DNA from: a virus
Taxonomy: Duplodnaviria > Caudoviricetes
Length of the DNA stretch: 32,523 bases
Direction: 5' to 3' (one strand)
Virus record (IMG/VR): IMGVR_UViG_3300031460_000005
Span: 1 to 32,523 of that record
Below the pieces are notes generated by a model, which was not told the DNA's origin, did no database searches, and saw only the letters and a program-made list of their open reading frames with translations. Of this stretch, positions 15,021 to 23,416 are shown in pieces. The position numbers were made by a program, and so were the translations under genes. The stretch's first letter is position 1. Each line of letters opens with the position of its first letter.

Positions 15021-15626
15021 ATGGCATTGACAAGCGCCCAGATCGCGGCCATCATCGCCGCGGGCGGCACCGTTGGTTTCAACGGACAACTCATCGCGCG
15101 CCCACAAGACGTGCCCACCGACGCGCAGATCGCCGCGTCCTACCCGTCCGCGTTCACGCCCGGCAACGGCCTGACCGCGCCGCAGGCGGCCCCCGTGGGC
15201 GCATTCGGGATGGTGTTCAACGGGACCTCGTGGGACCAGGCCATGGCCAACCTGCAGGGACCGTTGCTGGCGTCGCTCGCGCGCATCGCGCCCACGTCGT
15301 CCCCGTTGCAGACCAACCCCAATCACCGTGGCGCGCTGATCACGCTCTCGGTCACCGTGGCGCCCACCGCGCCGGCCGCGGGTAGTGGCCTCGTGCCGCG
15401 CATCGGGGCGGTGGATGTCGTGTCGGGGAATGTCGCGTATCTCAATGCCCCGCCCACGCCCATCGCCGCGGCCGGCACGTACGCCTTCGTCGTGTACCCC
15501 GGCGCGACCGGCGGGAACGCGGCGCAGGTGGTGGGGGTGCCGCTGTCGCGCGCGTGGCGGCTCGATGTGGCGCAGGTCGGGGCCGACAGTTACACGTACA
15601 GCGCGTCGTTCAGTCTCATCCTGTAG
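15021..15626 (+). CDS. Hypothetical virion-associated protein (beta-rich C-terminus)
   Basis: GAGAGGA RBS; GC3-rich codons; within the structural operon. Confidence 0.75.
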   Translation: MALTSAQIAAIIAAGGTVGFNGQLIARPQDVPTDAQIAASYPSAFTPGNGLTAPQAAPVGAFGMVFNGTSWDQAMANLQGPLLASLARIAPTSSPLQTNPNHRGALITLSVTVAPTAPAAGSGLVPRIGAVDVVSGNVAYLNAPPTPIAAAGTYAFVVYPGATGGNAAQVVGVPLSRAWRLDVAQVGADSYTYSASFSLIL

Positions 15627-15643
15627 CGCGTTAGGAGGGTCGC

Positions 15644-15931
15644 ATGGCCGCGTCGGTCCTGTCCGTCGCCGCCCCCGCGGGGGGGCACGTCGCGCACACG
15701 GTGTGCGTCGCGTTCAACGCTGGTACCGGCCAGTGCGCGCCCCGGTTCGATCCCGCCGGGCGCGTCAAGCCCAATCCGACGCCGCGTTACCCGGCGGGAT
15801 CGCCCTTCCCGGGCGACGCCCGCACGCCGGCGCAGATCGCCGCGGTGAGTCAGGCCGAGGCGGTCGCGCTGTTTGGCCAGCCGACCGCGCTCGCCACGAC
15901 GGCCCACGAGATGCTCGTGAGCATGCGCTAG
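15644..15931 (+). CDS. Hypothetical protein
   Basis: AGGAGG RBS; operon packing. Confidence 0.7.
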   Translation: MAASVLSVAAPAGGHVAHTVCVAFNAGTGQCAPRFDPAGRVKPNPTPRYPAGSPFPGDARTPAQIAAVSQAEAVALFGQPTALATTAHEMLVSMR

Positions 15932-16038
15932 CCGGCCGCCGGCCGGCGGCGGTGACGGCCGGTGACGGGCACGCGTCCCGCGCGGTCGGAGGCTAAAGGC
16001 CGCGGGCGCTCTCGCGGCCAGAGGAGCACAAGACAAGA

Positions 16039-16338
16039 ATGGCGATCCAGAAAACGGCCAGCGCGGTCGCCGGCGGGCAGTATGTCGTGACCGTGAGCGC
16101 CACCTACGACCCTGTGGCGGGCGTGTCGCAGCCGCTCTATGACGCGGCGGGTAACCGCCTAACCGATCCCAGCTTCACCTTCCCGCAGAGCGACCCGACC
16201 GGCGTGCAGGCAGACGCGGCGTGGCGGACCAACCGCGACGCCGAGGCGGTCGCGCTCGTGTCCACCGCGCTGGCGGAGGTCGGCGCCGGCGTCCCCGTCG
16301 ACACCCTCGCCGACGACAGCATGGCCGCCTACGGGTAG
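16039..16338 (+). CDS. Hypothetical protein
   Basis: GAGGAG RBS; operon packing. Confidence 0.75.
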   Translation: MAIQKTASAVAGGQYVVTVSATYDPVAGVSQPLYDAAGNRLTDPSFTFPQSDPTGVQADAAWRTNRDAEAVALVSTALAEVGAGVPVDTLADDSMAAYG

Positions 16339-16388
16339 CGCGGCGGCCCGCGCTCGACAGACACCGCTCCCTGACAGGAGGCCGCGCC

Positions 16389-16886
16389 ATGCCCGCTTTG
16401 TCTCCCGCCGACGCCGTGCGCCTGATCGCGCTGCAGGTGCGCGACGTGACCGGCGCCGACGCGCTGGCCGACCCGACGTACGCGCAGGCTCTCGCGGCCG
16501 AGCTTCCCATCATATGGGACGGCTACCTGCCGCTAGCGGCCATCCACCCCGACCTCCAATTCCTGTACACGAAGCGGGCTGCGGTCGAGATCATGCTGGG
16601 CCAGGTGCGCGACCAGGTGGACATCGCCACGGCCGCCGACCAGAAGGCCACGCTCAACCAACTCACGATCCACCTGCGCGCGATGTACGACGCCGCGCAG
16701 GCCGAGATCGCGCGGATCGAGGCGATCGCGCGGGCCAGCCACGCCCCCGTTATGGCGCAGCTCGCGGTGACGGGGCCAGGCCTTCCGGCGATCGTCACGG
16801 TCGACCCGGCGACGGGCCGGCTGCTGCCAAGCGTGGACCTCTACAGAGGGAACCCCTACCTGCCCTCGGGTAGGCGCTACTGGTGA
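16389..16886 (+). CDS. Putative head-tail adaptor
   Basis: AGGAGG RBS before ATG 16389; helical protein in the neck-gene position. Function inferred from synteny. Confidence 0.55.
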   Translation: MPALSPADAVRLIALQVRDVTGADALADPTYAQALAAELPIIWDGYLPLAAIHPDLQFLYTKRAAVEIMLGQVRDQVDIATAADQKATLNQLTIHLRAMYDAAQAEIARIEAIARASHAPVMAQLAVTGPGLPAIVTVDPATGRLLPSVDLYRGNPYLPSGRRYW

Positions 16887-17674
16887 GCATGACGCCCGGG
16901 CAGCCTCCGTCGCCGCCACCTCCCCCGCGGGGGGGAGCGGCCATCGACCGTTCGTTCCGCGCGGCCCTGGCGCGCCTGCAGCCCGATACCGTCGCCACTC
17001 TGCTGGAGAGCGACGGGTCGAACCCGCGCCCGCTCACGATCACCATCACCAACACGCGGTCGATGAAGACGACGCGCGAGAGCGGCAAGTTCGCCACCGG
17101 CGCCGCGCCCGCGGGCACGGCCATCGCGCCCGGCCAACTCATCGCGCACGGCGCGGCCGCCGCGGTCGCGGCCGACATCGCCGGGGGGACTGCGACGGCG
17201 GTGTGGTACATCGTCCAGGATGTGGCACTGGCCCCCGCTGGATCGCTGTCCGTGATGCCGCGCGAGGTCCAGATGCGGGCGCTGCCCTATGTTTTGACGG
17301 TCGAGCGCGCCGTCCCGACGGCCGCCGGAGCCCCGCGCCGCTTCGATAACAGCGGCGCGGCGCTCGTCATCGCGCCGCAGACGGACGCCGCGCTCGTCAC
17401 CACGACGACGATCAGGGCCGCGTTCTCGACGGACAATAATCTGCGTCAGGACACCACCGGCGGCGCTGGCCCTGCCGTGACCGGCCTGACGACGCTGATC
17501 ACGCCACTCGGGAGCGCGGTGGCCGAGGGGGATGTGGTGATCGTGCCCGCAGGCGTCGTCGGGGCCGCAGGCGGAGCGGTTCCGGCCTCGCGCTATCGTG
17601 TCACCAATCGCCAGACGGCGGACGCGGCCGGGGCCATCTACGCGGCCCAACTTCTTCTCCGGGAGGAGATCTAG
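16883..17674 (+). CDS. Putative head closure/neck protein
   Basis: GTGA overlap with the previous gene; C-terminal EGDVVIV...YRVTN beta-barrel-like pattern; synteny. Confidence 0.5.
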   Translation: MSMTPGQPPSPPPPPRGGAAIDRSFRAALARLQPDTVATLLESDGSNPRPLTITITNTRSMKTTRESGKFATGAAPAGTAIAPGQLIAHGAAAAVAADIAGGTATAVWYIVQDVALAPAGSLSVMPREVQMRALPYVLTVERAVPTAAGAPRRFDNSGAALVIAPQTDAALVTTTTIRAAFSTDNNLRQDTTGGAGPAVTGLTTLITPLGSAVAEGDVVIVPAGVVGAAGGAVPASRYRVTNRQTADAAGAIYAAQLLLREEI

Positions 17675-17699
17675 CTAGCTAGTCAGGAGCGACGCCACC

Positions 17700-18023
17700 A
17701 TGCAAACAACCCTGTACCCGCCAACGCCCGCGACCACGGGCGTCACGTTCGGTTCCACCAGACGCGCCATCGCCGTCGTTGATGGCCGCATCGAGGCCGA
17801 CCTCAGCGACGCCGAGATAGCCGACGCCACTGAGGCTGGCTTCACCCAGGCCGCGCCCGCGCCAGCAGCGCCTGATCCGGCACAGCCCACGCCCGTCGTC
17901 GAGCCTGCGCCGGCCGTCGAGCCTGCGCCGGCCGTCGAGCCTGCGCCCGTCCCGGCCGTGGCCCAACCGGCCGTGGAACCCGCGCCTGCCCCGACCGTCG
18001 AGCCCGCCCCTGTGGCGCTCTAA
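17700..18023 (+). CDS. Hypothetical protein with VEPAPA repeats
   Basis: AGGAG RBS; five VEPAP units in the C-terminal half. Confidence 0.7.
   Translation: MQTTLYPPTPATTGVTFGSTRRAIAVVDGRIEADLSDAEIADATEAGFTQAAPAPAAPDPAQPTPVVEPAPAVEPAPAVEPAPVPAVAQPAVEPAPAPTVEPAPVAL
17898..18011 (+). repeat. 18-bp coding tandem repeat GTCGAGCCTGCGCCGGCC
   Basis: Two exact copies and a partial third at 17898-17948, plus two degenerate copies up to 18011. Confidence 0.9.
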
Positions 18024-18469
18024 TGAGCCTCATCGGCGGCGACCTCCTGCGCGGCCTGTTCGACCGCCTCGGTCAGGTCGAGATGGTCATGGAGGAGGAA
18101 CAGGTCCTGGATCTGACCGGCGACGACATGCTGACCGACATTCGGGAGAAGTTCGGCCACCAGCAACCGGGCTGGGACGACCTCGCCGAAAGCACGCAAG
18201 CTGATCGCATCCGGCAAGGCTACCCGGCCGACGAGCCGCTCCTCCGGGAGGGCACGCTGCGCGACGCCTACGAGGTGTGGCGCGACGGCCCCGATGTGGT
18301 GGTGGGCGTGCGACTAGAGAGCGACCAGGCGGTGATCGCTGAGGTGCAGGAGTTCGGCACGGCCACGATCCCGCCCCGGCCGGTGCTGGGACCGACCGCC
18401 GCCGAGGACGCGCACAAGCTGCCCGAGCGTGTGTGGGAGACCCTGGACCATATCGCTAAACCACGCTAG
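18023..18469 (+). CDS. HK97 gp10-like / virion morphogenesis (neck) protein
   Basis: WDDLAEST...PLLREGTLRDA...QEFGTATIPPRPVLGP signature. Confidence 0.85.
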   Translation: MSLIGGDLLRGLFDRLGQVEMVMEEEQVLDLTGDDMLTDIREKFGHQQPGWDDLAESTQADRIRQGYPADEPLLREGTLRDAYEVWRDGPDVVVGVRLESDQAVIAEVQEFGTATIPPRPVLGPTAAEDAHKLPERVWETLDHIAKPR

Positions 18470-18487
18470 CTGAGGCGAGGAGGGCTG

Positions 18488-19162
18488 ATGGCGACGCAGG
18501 TCATCGAGCCGGTTTCAGCGGTCACAGGCGCGTTGATCGCCCTGCTGACGCCCGCGCTCGCGGGCGTCGTCGCGCGGGAGAACATCCGGCGCGGCTACCC
18601 ACGCGACGCCATGGCCGCCGCCCTCTCGTCACAGACGCCCCAGGGCCTCCCCGTGGTGGGCATCCTGGCCGGCGACCTCATGCTGGCCAGGGACGCCGCG
18701 GGCGGTGGGTCGGCGCGCTACGTCACGCCGGCGCGGCCCCTCGGTCAGACGTCGGCGACGCTCTACGCCGAGGCCGACATCGTGGACCACCAGTGGACCC
18801 TGATCGTCGTCGCCGGCGGGAACCACGGCGCCTACGCGCGTGATCTGGTGGCGACCATCGTCGGCACGACGCTGGCGCGCACGCCGTCCCTCGTGCTTCC
18901 CGACAGCGGTGACGCCACGGCGGACGGTTCCCTGGGGCCGACCACGCTCGGCCTGACGGCCCGGGTGACGCCGGGGCGCGACCGGCCGGACCACCGCCGC
19001 GACGACGACGGCCTGTACCGGCGCGACCTCCTGTACACGCTGCGCTACGCGCGCTATGCCGCGCCCACGCCTGCCGGCGTCGTCCAGCAGGTCCAGTACA
19101 GCATCGTTCCGACCGTCGTTACTCTCTCCATTCCCGTCGCCGGCCTGCCCCGCGGGGCCTGA
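18488..19162 (+). CDS. Putative tail terminator/completion protein
   Basis: Directly before the sheath; GAGGAGG RBS. Function inferred from synteny. Confidence 0.55.
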   Translation: MATQVIEPVSAVTGALIALLTPALAGVVARENIRRGYPRDAMAAALSSQTPQGLPVVGILAGDLMLARDAAGGGSARYVTPARPLGQTSATLYAEADIVDHQWTLIVVAGGNHGAYARDLVATIVGTTLARTPSLVLPDSGDATADGSLGPTTLGLTARVTPGRDRPDHRRDDDGLYRRDLLYTLRYARYAAPTPAGVVQQVQYSIVPTVVTLSIPVAGLPRGA

Positions 19163-19220
19163 CCACACGATCGTCTGTCGCCTCGTCACGACCAGCGCCT
19201 AGCCGCCACCAGGAGTCACC

Positions 19221-21275
19221 ATGCCCGCCACGATCATCGCCAGCCCGTTCCCCTCCACGAACCGCGACGGTGTGTTCGTGGACATCCAGCAGGCGGACCA
19301 GTCGCCGCCCCAGCTCGTCTCCGACATGCTCGGCGTCATCGGCGAAACGTCGAAGGGCCAGCCCAACGTGGGGGTCCGCGTCGGGTCCATCACCGATTTC
19401 ACCGACACCTACGGCCCCGAGACCATCAGCCCCGCGACCGGGCGGCCGCTCTCCGGGTACGTGGCGACGCGGGCCATCAAGGCGCAGCGGGCGTACGATG
19501 AATGGTTCGTGCGCGTCATGAACGCCTACGGCGCCACGGCCTACGTCACCCTGAAGACGGCCGCCGCCGCGTCGATCATGGCTATCAGGGCCAGCAGCCC
19601 GGGCACCTGGGCGCGCGGCCTCTCCGTCACGTCCGCGCCCAACGCCGGCAACGCGGCGCTGACCGACGTGACGACCACCGACAGCCTCAGCGGCAAGTCG
19701 GAGACTGTCTACGGCGTCGACTTCACAAATAATGCCGGGGCGATCGCGGCGATCAACAGGGCGGCGACCCTCGTCGTGGCCTCCCCGCCGGTGCTGGACG
19801 CGCCCACGGCGGCCCCGACGGCGACGGTAGGCGCGGGCGGGACGCTCCCGGCTGGAACGTACTACGCGGGCCTCGCCAAGCACGCCGCGGGCGGGGGCCT
19901 GACGTCGATGGGGCCGGAGTCGGGCCCGATCACCGTGGCCGCCAACGGCACGGTCACGCTCACGACACCCGCCGACGCCAACGCCGACCTGATCTACGGC
20001 TACCTGACGCCGGCTAACGGCGCGCCAGGCAGTGAGGTGTTCGCTGGCCAGGCCGCGCCTGGTTCCTCACTCATTATCGCGGCCGCGCCCGCCGCCGGGG
20101 CGGCCACCCCTGCCGTCGTCAACACGGCGACCTACGGGCCGGGCGCGGCGGCGGCCCCCGCCGCCGGAACCGTGCCGTTCGTCACCGCGTCGGCGCCCGG
20201 CGCCGGGGCCGGCAATGACGGCGCTGGCTGTACGGCCGCGCAGTACCTCGGGGCGGCGTCGCCCCTCTCGGGCGCGAACGCCTTCGCCGCGCTCGACGTG
20301 AAGCCCAACGCCGTGCTGCTGGCCGAGGACGCGGGCGCCGATACGACGCAGTGGCAGGCGCAGGCCGACCTGGCCTTTGCCAACGGCTGGCAGGCGTGGC
20401 TCTGCCTCCCGCGCGGCACGTCGTACGCGGCCGTGGCCGGCCTCATGACCGCCGCCGCCGTGCAGTCGGTCAAGGCGTCGCCGACCGGCGGCTCTCTCTC
20501 GGTCGAGTACCCGGAGTACACCCTCTACGACGCCGTGCTGGGCGCGACGACCACGCTCATGCCGACCAGCCTGGCGGCCGGCGTCGTTGCTGTTCAGGAC
20601 TCCAATGCCTCGGGGGCGAACAAACCGATCTCCATCGGCTTCGGGGCGTCTCCGCGTCCGGCCGACCGCGTGGGGCCAGCGATCGACCTGACCGACGCGC
20701 AGGTCCAGGCGCTCATCGCGCTCGGCGTCAACCCGCACACGCGCCACATTCAGGCCGGCGGCATTGGCCGCGAGAAGGACCTGACGCTGGGGCCGGGCCC
20801 GTGCGGCACGGGGCGCGGGGCGCACCTCCGCATGGTCAACCTCACCGCCCGGGCGCTGGGCGACATCGCGGGGCCGTTCGTCGAGCAGTTGGACACGCCC
20901 CAACTCAGGACCCAGGTCGAGAGCGCCGTGCTGGGCCTCTTGCAGCGGTGGGCCAACGACGGCTTGATCCCGGGCAACGCGTCGGGCGCGCCGCAAACCG
21001 CCGCTCCGGCCGCGACGCCGACGGCCACGGGCGGTAAAAGGGCCAATCCGGCCACGACGCCGCAGACAACGACCAGCGCTCTGGCCACGAGTTCGACGAC
21101 GACGTACTACAGCACCGCGTGCGACAGCACGAGCAACGGGCCGGGCGCGCCGGCTGGCCTGCTGCGCTGCCGCGTCGCCGTCAGCTACTACGGCGTGGCC
21201 GAGCAGATCGTGTTCGACCTCTACCCCACGATTGCGAAGGTGGCTATCGCCTCCGCTCAAACGGTCACCAGCTAG
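19221..21275 (+). CDS. Contractile tail sheath protein
   Basis: N-terminal DGVFVDI...GVIGETSKGQPN; RASSPGTWARGL; C-terminal LIALGVNP...FVEQLDTPQLR...EQIVF sheath pattern. Confidence 0.88.
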   Translation: MPATIIASPFPSTNRDGVFVDIQQADQSPPQLVSDMLGVIGETSKGQPNVGVRVGSITDFTDTYGPETISPATGRPLSGYVATRAIKAQRAYDEWFVRVMNAYGATAYVTLKTAAAASIMAIRASSPGTWARGLSVTSAPNAGNAALTDVTTTDSLSGKSETVYGVDFTNNAGAIAAINRAATLVVASPPVLDAPTAAPTATVGAGGTLPAGTYYAGLAKHAAGGGLTSMGPESGPITVAANGTVTLTTPADANADLIYGYLTPANGAPGSEVFAGQAAPGSSLIIAAAPAAGAATPAVVNTATYGPGAAAAPAAGTVPFVTASAPGAGAGNDGAGCTAAQYLGAASPLSGANAFAALDVKPNAVLLAEDAGADTTQWQAQADLAFANGWQAWLCLPRGTSYAAVAGLMTAAAVQSVKASPTGGSLSVEYPEYTLYDAVLGATTTLMPTSLAAGVVAVQDSNASGANKPISIGFGASPRPADRVGPAIDLTDAQVQALIALGVNPHTRHIQAGGIGREKDLTLGPGPCGTGRGAHLRMVNLTARALGDIAGPFVEQLDTPQLRTQVESAVLGLLQRWANDGLIPGNASGAPQTAAPAATPTATGGKRANPATTPQTTTSALATSSTTTYYSTACDSTSNGPGAPAGLLRCRVAVSYYGVAEQIVFDLYPTIAKVAIASAQTVTS

Positions 21276-21311
21276 CGAGCGAACGAGCGAGCGTTAAGGA
21301 GTCACTGAGCG

Positions 21312-21770
21312 ATGGCTAACCCCGCCGCCAAGAATGCCGTCCTGGGCCGCGCGATCACCTTCGGGCTCTCCGGCCAGGGCGGCAACATCGCCGCCTACAA
21401 CCGCGACCTTGACACGCAGATCCAGGCCTTCACGGCCAAGCATATCATCAAGACGCTGACGCGTGAGCCGTCCGGGGCCGCCGAGGAGTACGAGCAGTAC
21501 GTCTCGGACCACTGGGATGTGACCCTCGACGCCGAGCAGATCCGCTCGACCTTCATCAAGATCTCCAACTTCCAGGCCGGCCAGCGCCGCCGTGGCGAGA
21601 AGGTCGACCTGCTGCATCTCACGGCCAAGACCGTGTTCGAGGACGGTAGTTCCGACGTCGAACGCTATATGAACGGGACCGTGCTCGACGCCGATCGCAC
21701 GAGCGGCGTCATGAGCAAGGCGGCGACATCCAAGATTCATATTAAATTTACGAGTATGCGTGATAGTTAG
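21312..21770 (+). CDS. Tail tube protein
   Basis: 152 aa, beta-rich, directly after the sheath; AAGGAG RBS. Confidence 0.75.
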   Translation: MANPAAKNAVLGRAITFGLSGQGGNIAAYNRDLDTQIQAFTAKHIIKTLTREPSGAAEEYEQYVSDHWDVTLDAEQIRSTFIKISNFQAGQRRRGEKVDLLHLTAKTVFEDGSSDVERYMNGTVLDADRTSGVMSKAATSKIHIKFTSMRDS

Positions 21771-21827
21771 CGGTAGCACCGCTAACCGCTGACGTCCACA
21801 CACCACCAGCGAAGCACGGAGGCGCCC

Positions 21828-22355
21828 ATGAGAGAAGCTTTGACCGACCAAGACGACGACGAGCAGCCCCCGCAGTCGGCGCCCGCGGTCACCATCACCC
21901 AGGGGTGGCCTGATAGCGCGCCCCGTGTGGCGACGGATCAGGCGACGGACACGCCTGCACCCAAAAGCGAGAGCGATGTGGTGCTGGCCAAGCTCAAAGA
22001 GGCGGGCTTGCCATTCATCGACAGCACGGACCCGGTGGGCACGGTCACGCTGGGCGATGGGACGCGGCTGACGCTGCGGGATCTGAACGGTCTGGACGAG
22101 GTACACGTCGAGCGCATGCTTGATCACTACGACCTCAAGCCGGACGGCGCGGGCCAGAGCGCGGGCCTGCGCTTTCTGAGCCTCATGTCGATCTCGCATA
22201 TCGACGGCAAGGAGCAGGTGGAGGTCCGCCACGTCCAGCAGCTAGAGAATCTGCTGCTCTATAAGCGAGCGGACCTGGCGCGCATCGTCGCGGCCTACAT
22301 CCGGTACAACATCTCCACGGCCGGGAATGATGGCACGTTTCGACGCGCGAGTTAA
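21828..22355 (+). CDS. Tail assembly chaperone (G)
   Basis: Between tube and tape measure; VTLGDGTRLTLRDLNGLDE motif; GGAGG RBS. Confidence 0.75.
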   Translation: MREALTDQDDDEQPPQSAPAVTITQGWPDSAPRVATDQATDTPAPKSESDVVLAKLKEAGLPFIDSTDPVGTVTLGDGTRLTLRDLNGLDEVHVERMLDHYDLKPDGAGQSAGLRFLSLMSISHIDGKEQVEVRHVQQLENLLLYKRADLARIVAAYIRYNISTAGNDGTFRRAS

Positions 22356-22512
22356 CGGACTCGCGGCGAACAACGCCGTCCGGGAAGCGGTCGCCATCAC
22401 CAGCATCGGGGGCGTGAGCTGGGACGAGGCCATGCGCATGCCCCGCTCGATGCGCCACGCCTACCTCTCTGTCTACGTCGAGTTGAACCCGCCGCCCGAC
22501 GACAACAATTAA
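22339..22512 (+). CDS. Tail assembly chaperone frameshift extension (T), +1 frame
   Basis: Overlaps the G stop in the +1 frame; SWDEAMRMPRSMR resembles P2 gpE'-type extensions; TTT-CGA at 22338-22343. Confidence 0.6.
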   Translation, partial: FDARVNGLAANNAVREAVAITSIGGVSWDEAMRMPRSMRHAYLSVYVELNPPPDDNN

Positions 22513-22579
22513 TGATGAGGAGGGATAGGTCTACCCCATTCCCACCCATTCGTCCCCTGATTCCATCTACGTCATCAGC

Positions 22580-22609
22580 GTGACACGTGGTAGGTGTTTA
22601 GGCTATCAT
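22580..22609 (+). promoter_or_regulatory. Candidate moron promoter
   Basis: GTGACA-N18-TATCAT, 45 nt upstream of ATG 22655. Confidence 0.45.
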
Positions 22610-22654
22610 GCTTTACACAGCCCGTTCACAGCCAGGGAGAAAGGGGACTGGGAC

Positions 22655-23284
22655 ATGCACCGAGGGAAACGGACAATCGCGGCTGGGGTGATCGTCGCGC
22701 TCGTGGCGCTCCTGCCGGGATTGGCGCACGCACAAACGCGCTCATCAGACTATAATCTCGGCTACTGGGCCGTGACGTGTCGCCTCCAGTGGCAAGGCAG
22801 CGACGAGACAATTACACTGGGCTCGGATGGAGGATGGGCGCGCACGGCGTGTGACGCGATCGCCGGGAATACATCGCCCGACAACCAGTATGTCTATTAC
22901 CCTCTGACCCAACCGCGCCCGGGCACGGTCCAGTGCGCGTACATCTACACCTACGGCGGCTACTGGCTCACCGAACGGCCACCCTATCAGGGGTACACGG
23001 GCTCTGCGCAAATCGCAGTGCGGGATGACGATGGTTCACCTGTCGGGCAGGCGGCGTGCTCCAGCGTGGGCGGACAGGCGGACGCGTTCAATAGCAATCA
23101 CGGGTTCAATATCGCCGACAATCCGCTAGCGCCCATTCAAGAATGCACCCAGTGCGGTGGTGGTGGCGGTGGCGGCGGCGCTCCGGTCACAGGGAGCCTG
23201 ACCACCAGCCTGCCAGGGGCGCCGAAGGCGAAGCATCCGCACAAGAAACCACCGGTCTACGTCAACGGCAAACGCAAGAAGTAA
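22655..23284 (+). CDS. Secreted Cys-containing moron protein
   Basis: Signal peptide MHRGKRTIAAGVIVALVALLPGLAHA|Q, six Cys, Gly linker, Lys-rich tail; lower GC; AAAGGGG RBS. Confidence 0.8.
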   Translation: MHRGKRTIAAGVIVALVALLPGLAHAQTRSSDYNLGYWAVTCRLQWQGSDETITLGSDGGWARTACDAIAGNTSPDNQYVYYPLTQPRPGTVQCAYIYTYGGYWLTERPPYQGYTGSAQIAVRDDDGSPVGQAACSSVGGQADAFNSNHGFNIADNPLAPIQECTQCGGGGGGGGAPVTGSLTTSLPGAPKAKHPHKKPPVYVNGKRKK

Positions 23285-23308
23285 CGTCCCCCTGCGTCGT
23301 TCTCGCAC

Positions 23309-23361
23309 CGCCCCATAAGAAAGGCCCGTTGGTTGAACCAACGGGCCTTTCTTATGGGGCG
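23309..23361. terminator. 53-bp palindrome, probable bidirectional terminator
   Basis: 26-bp perfect arms CGCCCCATAAGAAAGGCCCGTTGGTT around a single G at 23335; inner GC stem flanked by AAGAAA/TTTCTT. Confidence 0.7.
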
Positions 23362-23416
23362 TGTCTGCCCACTGTTTCTGCTGCATACACCCTCCTCTCT
23401 AAAGGATATAACGCCG

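Noticed and set aside
17898-18011. CRISPR array
   Set aside because: Repeats are contiguous in-frame coding units without unique spacers; no cas genes.
23309-23361. Protelomerase (telRL-like) site
   Set aside because: Similar length, but it has an unpaired central base, terminator-like A/T flanks, lies mid-operon, and no protelomerase gene is nearby.
23333-23416. Upstream extension of the tape measure ORF from the ORF track
   Set aside because: It starts inside the palindrome; the RBS supports ATG 23417.
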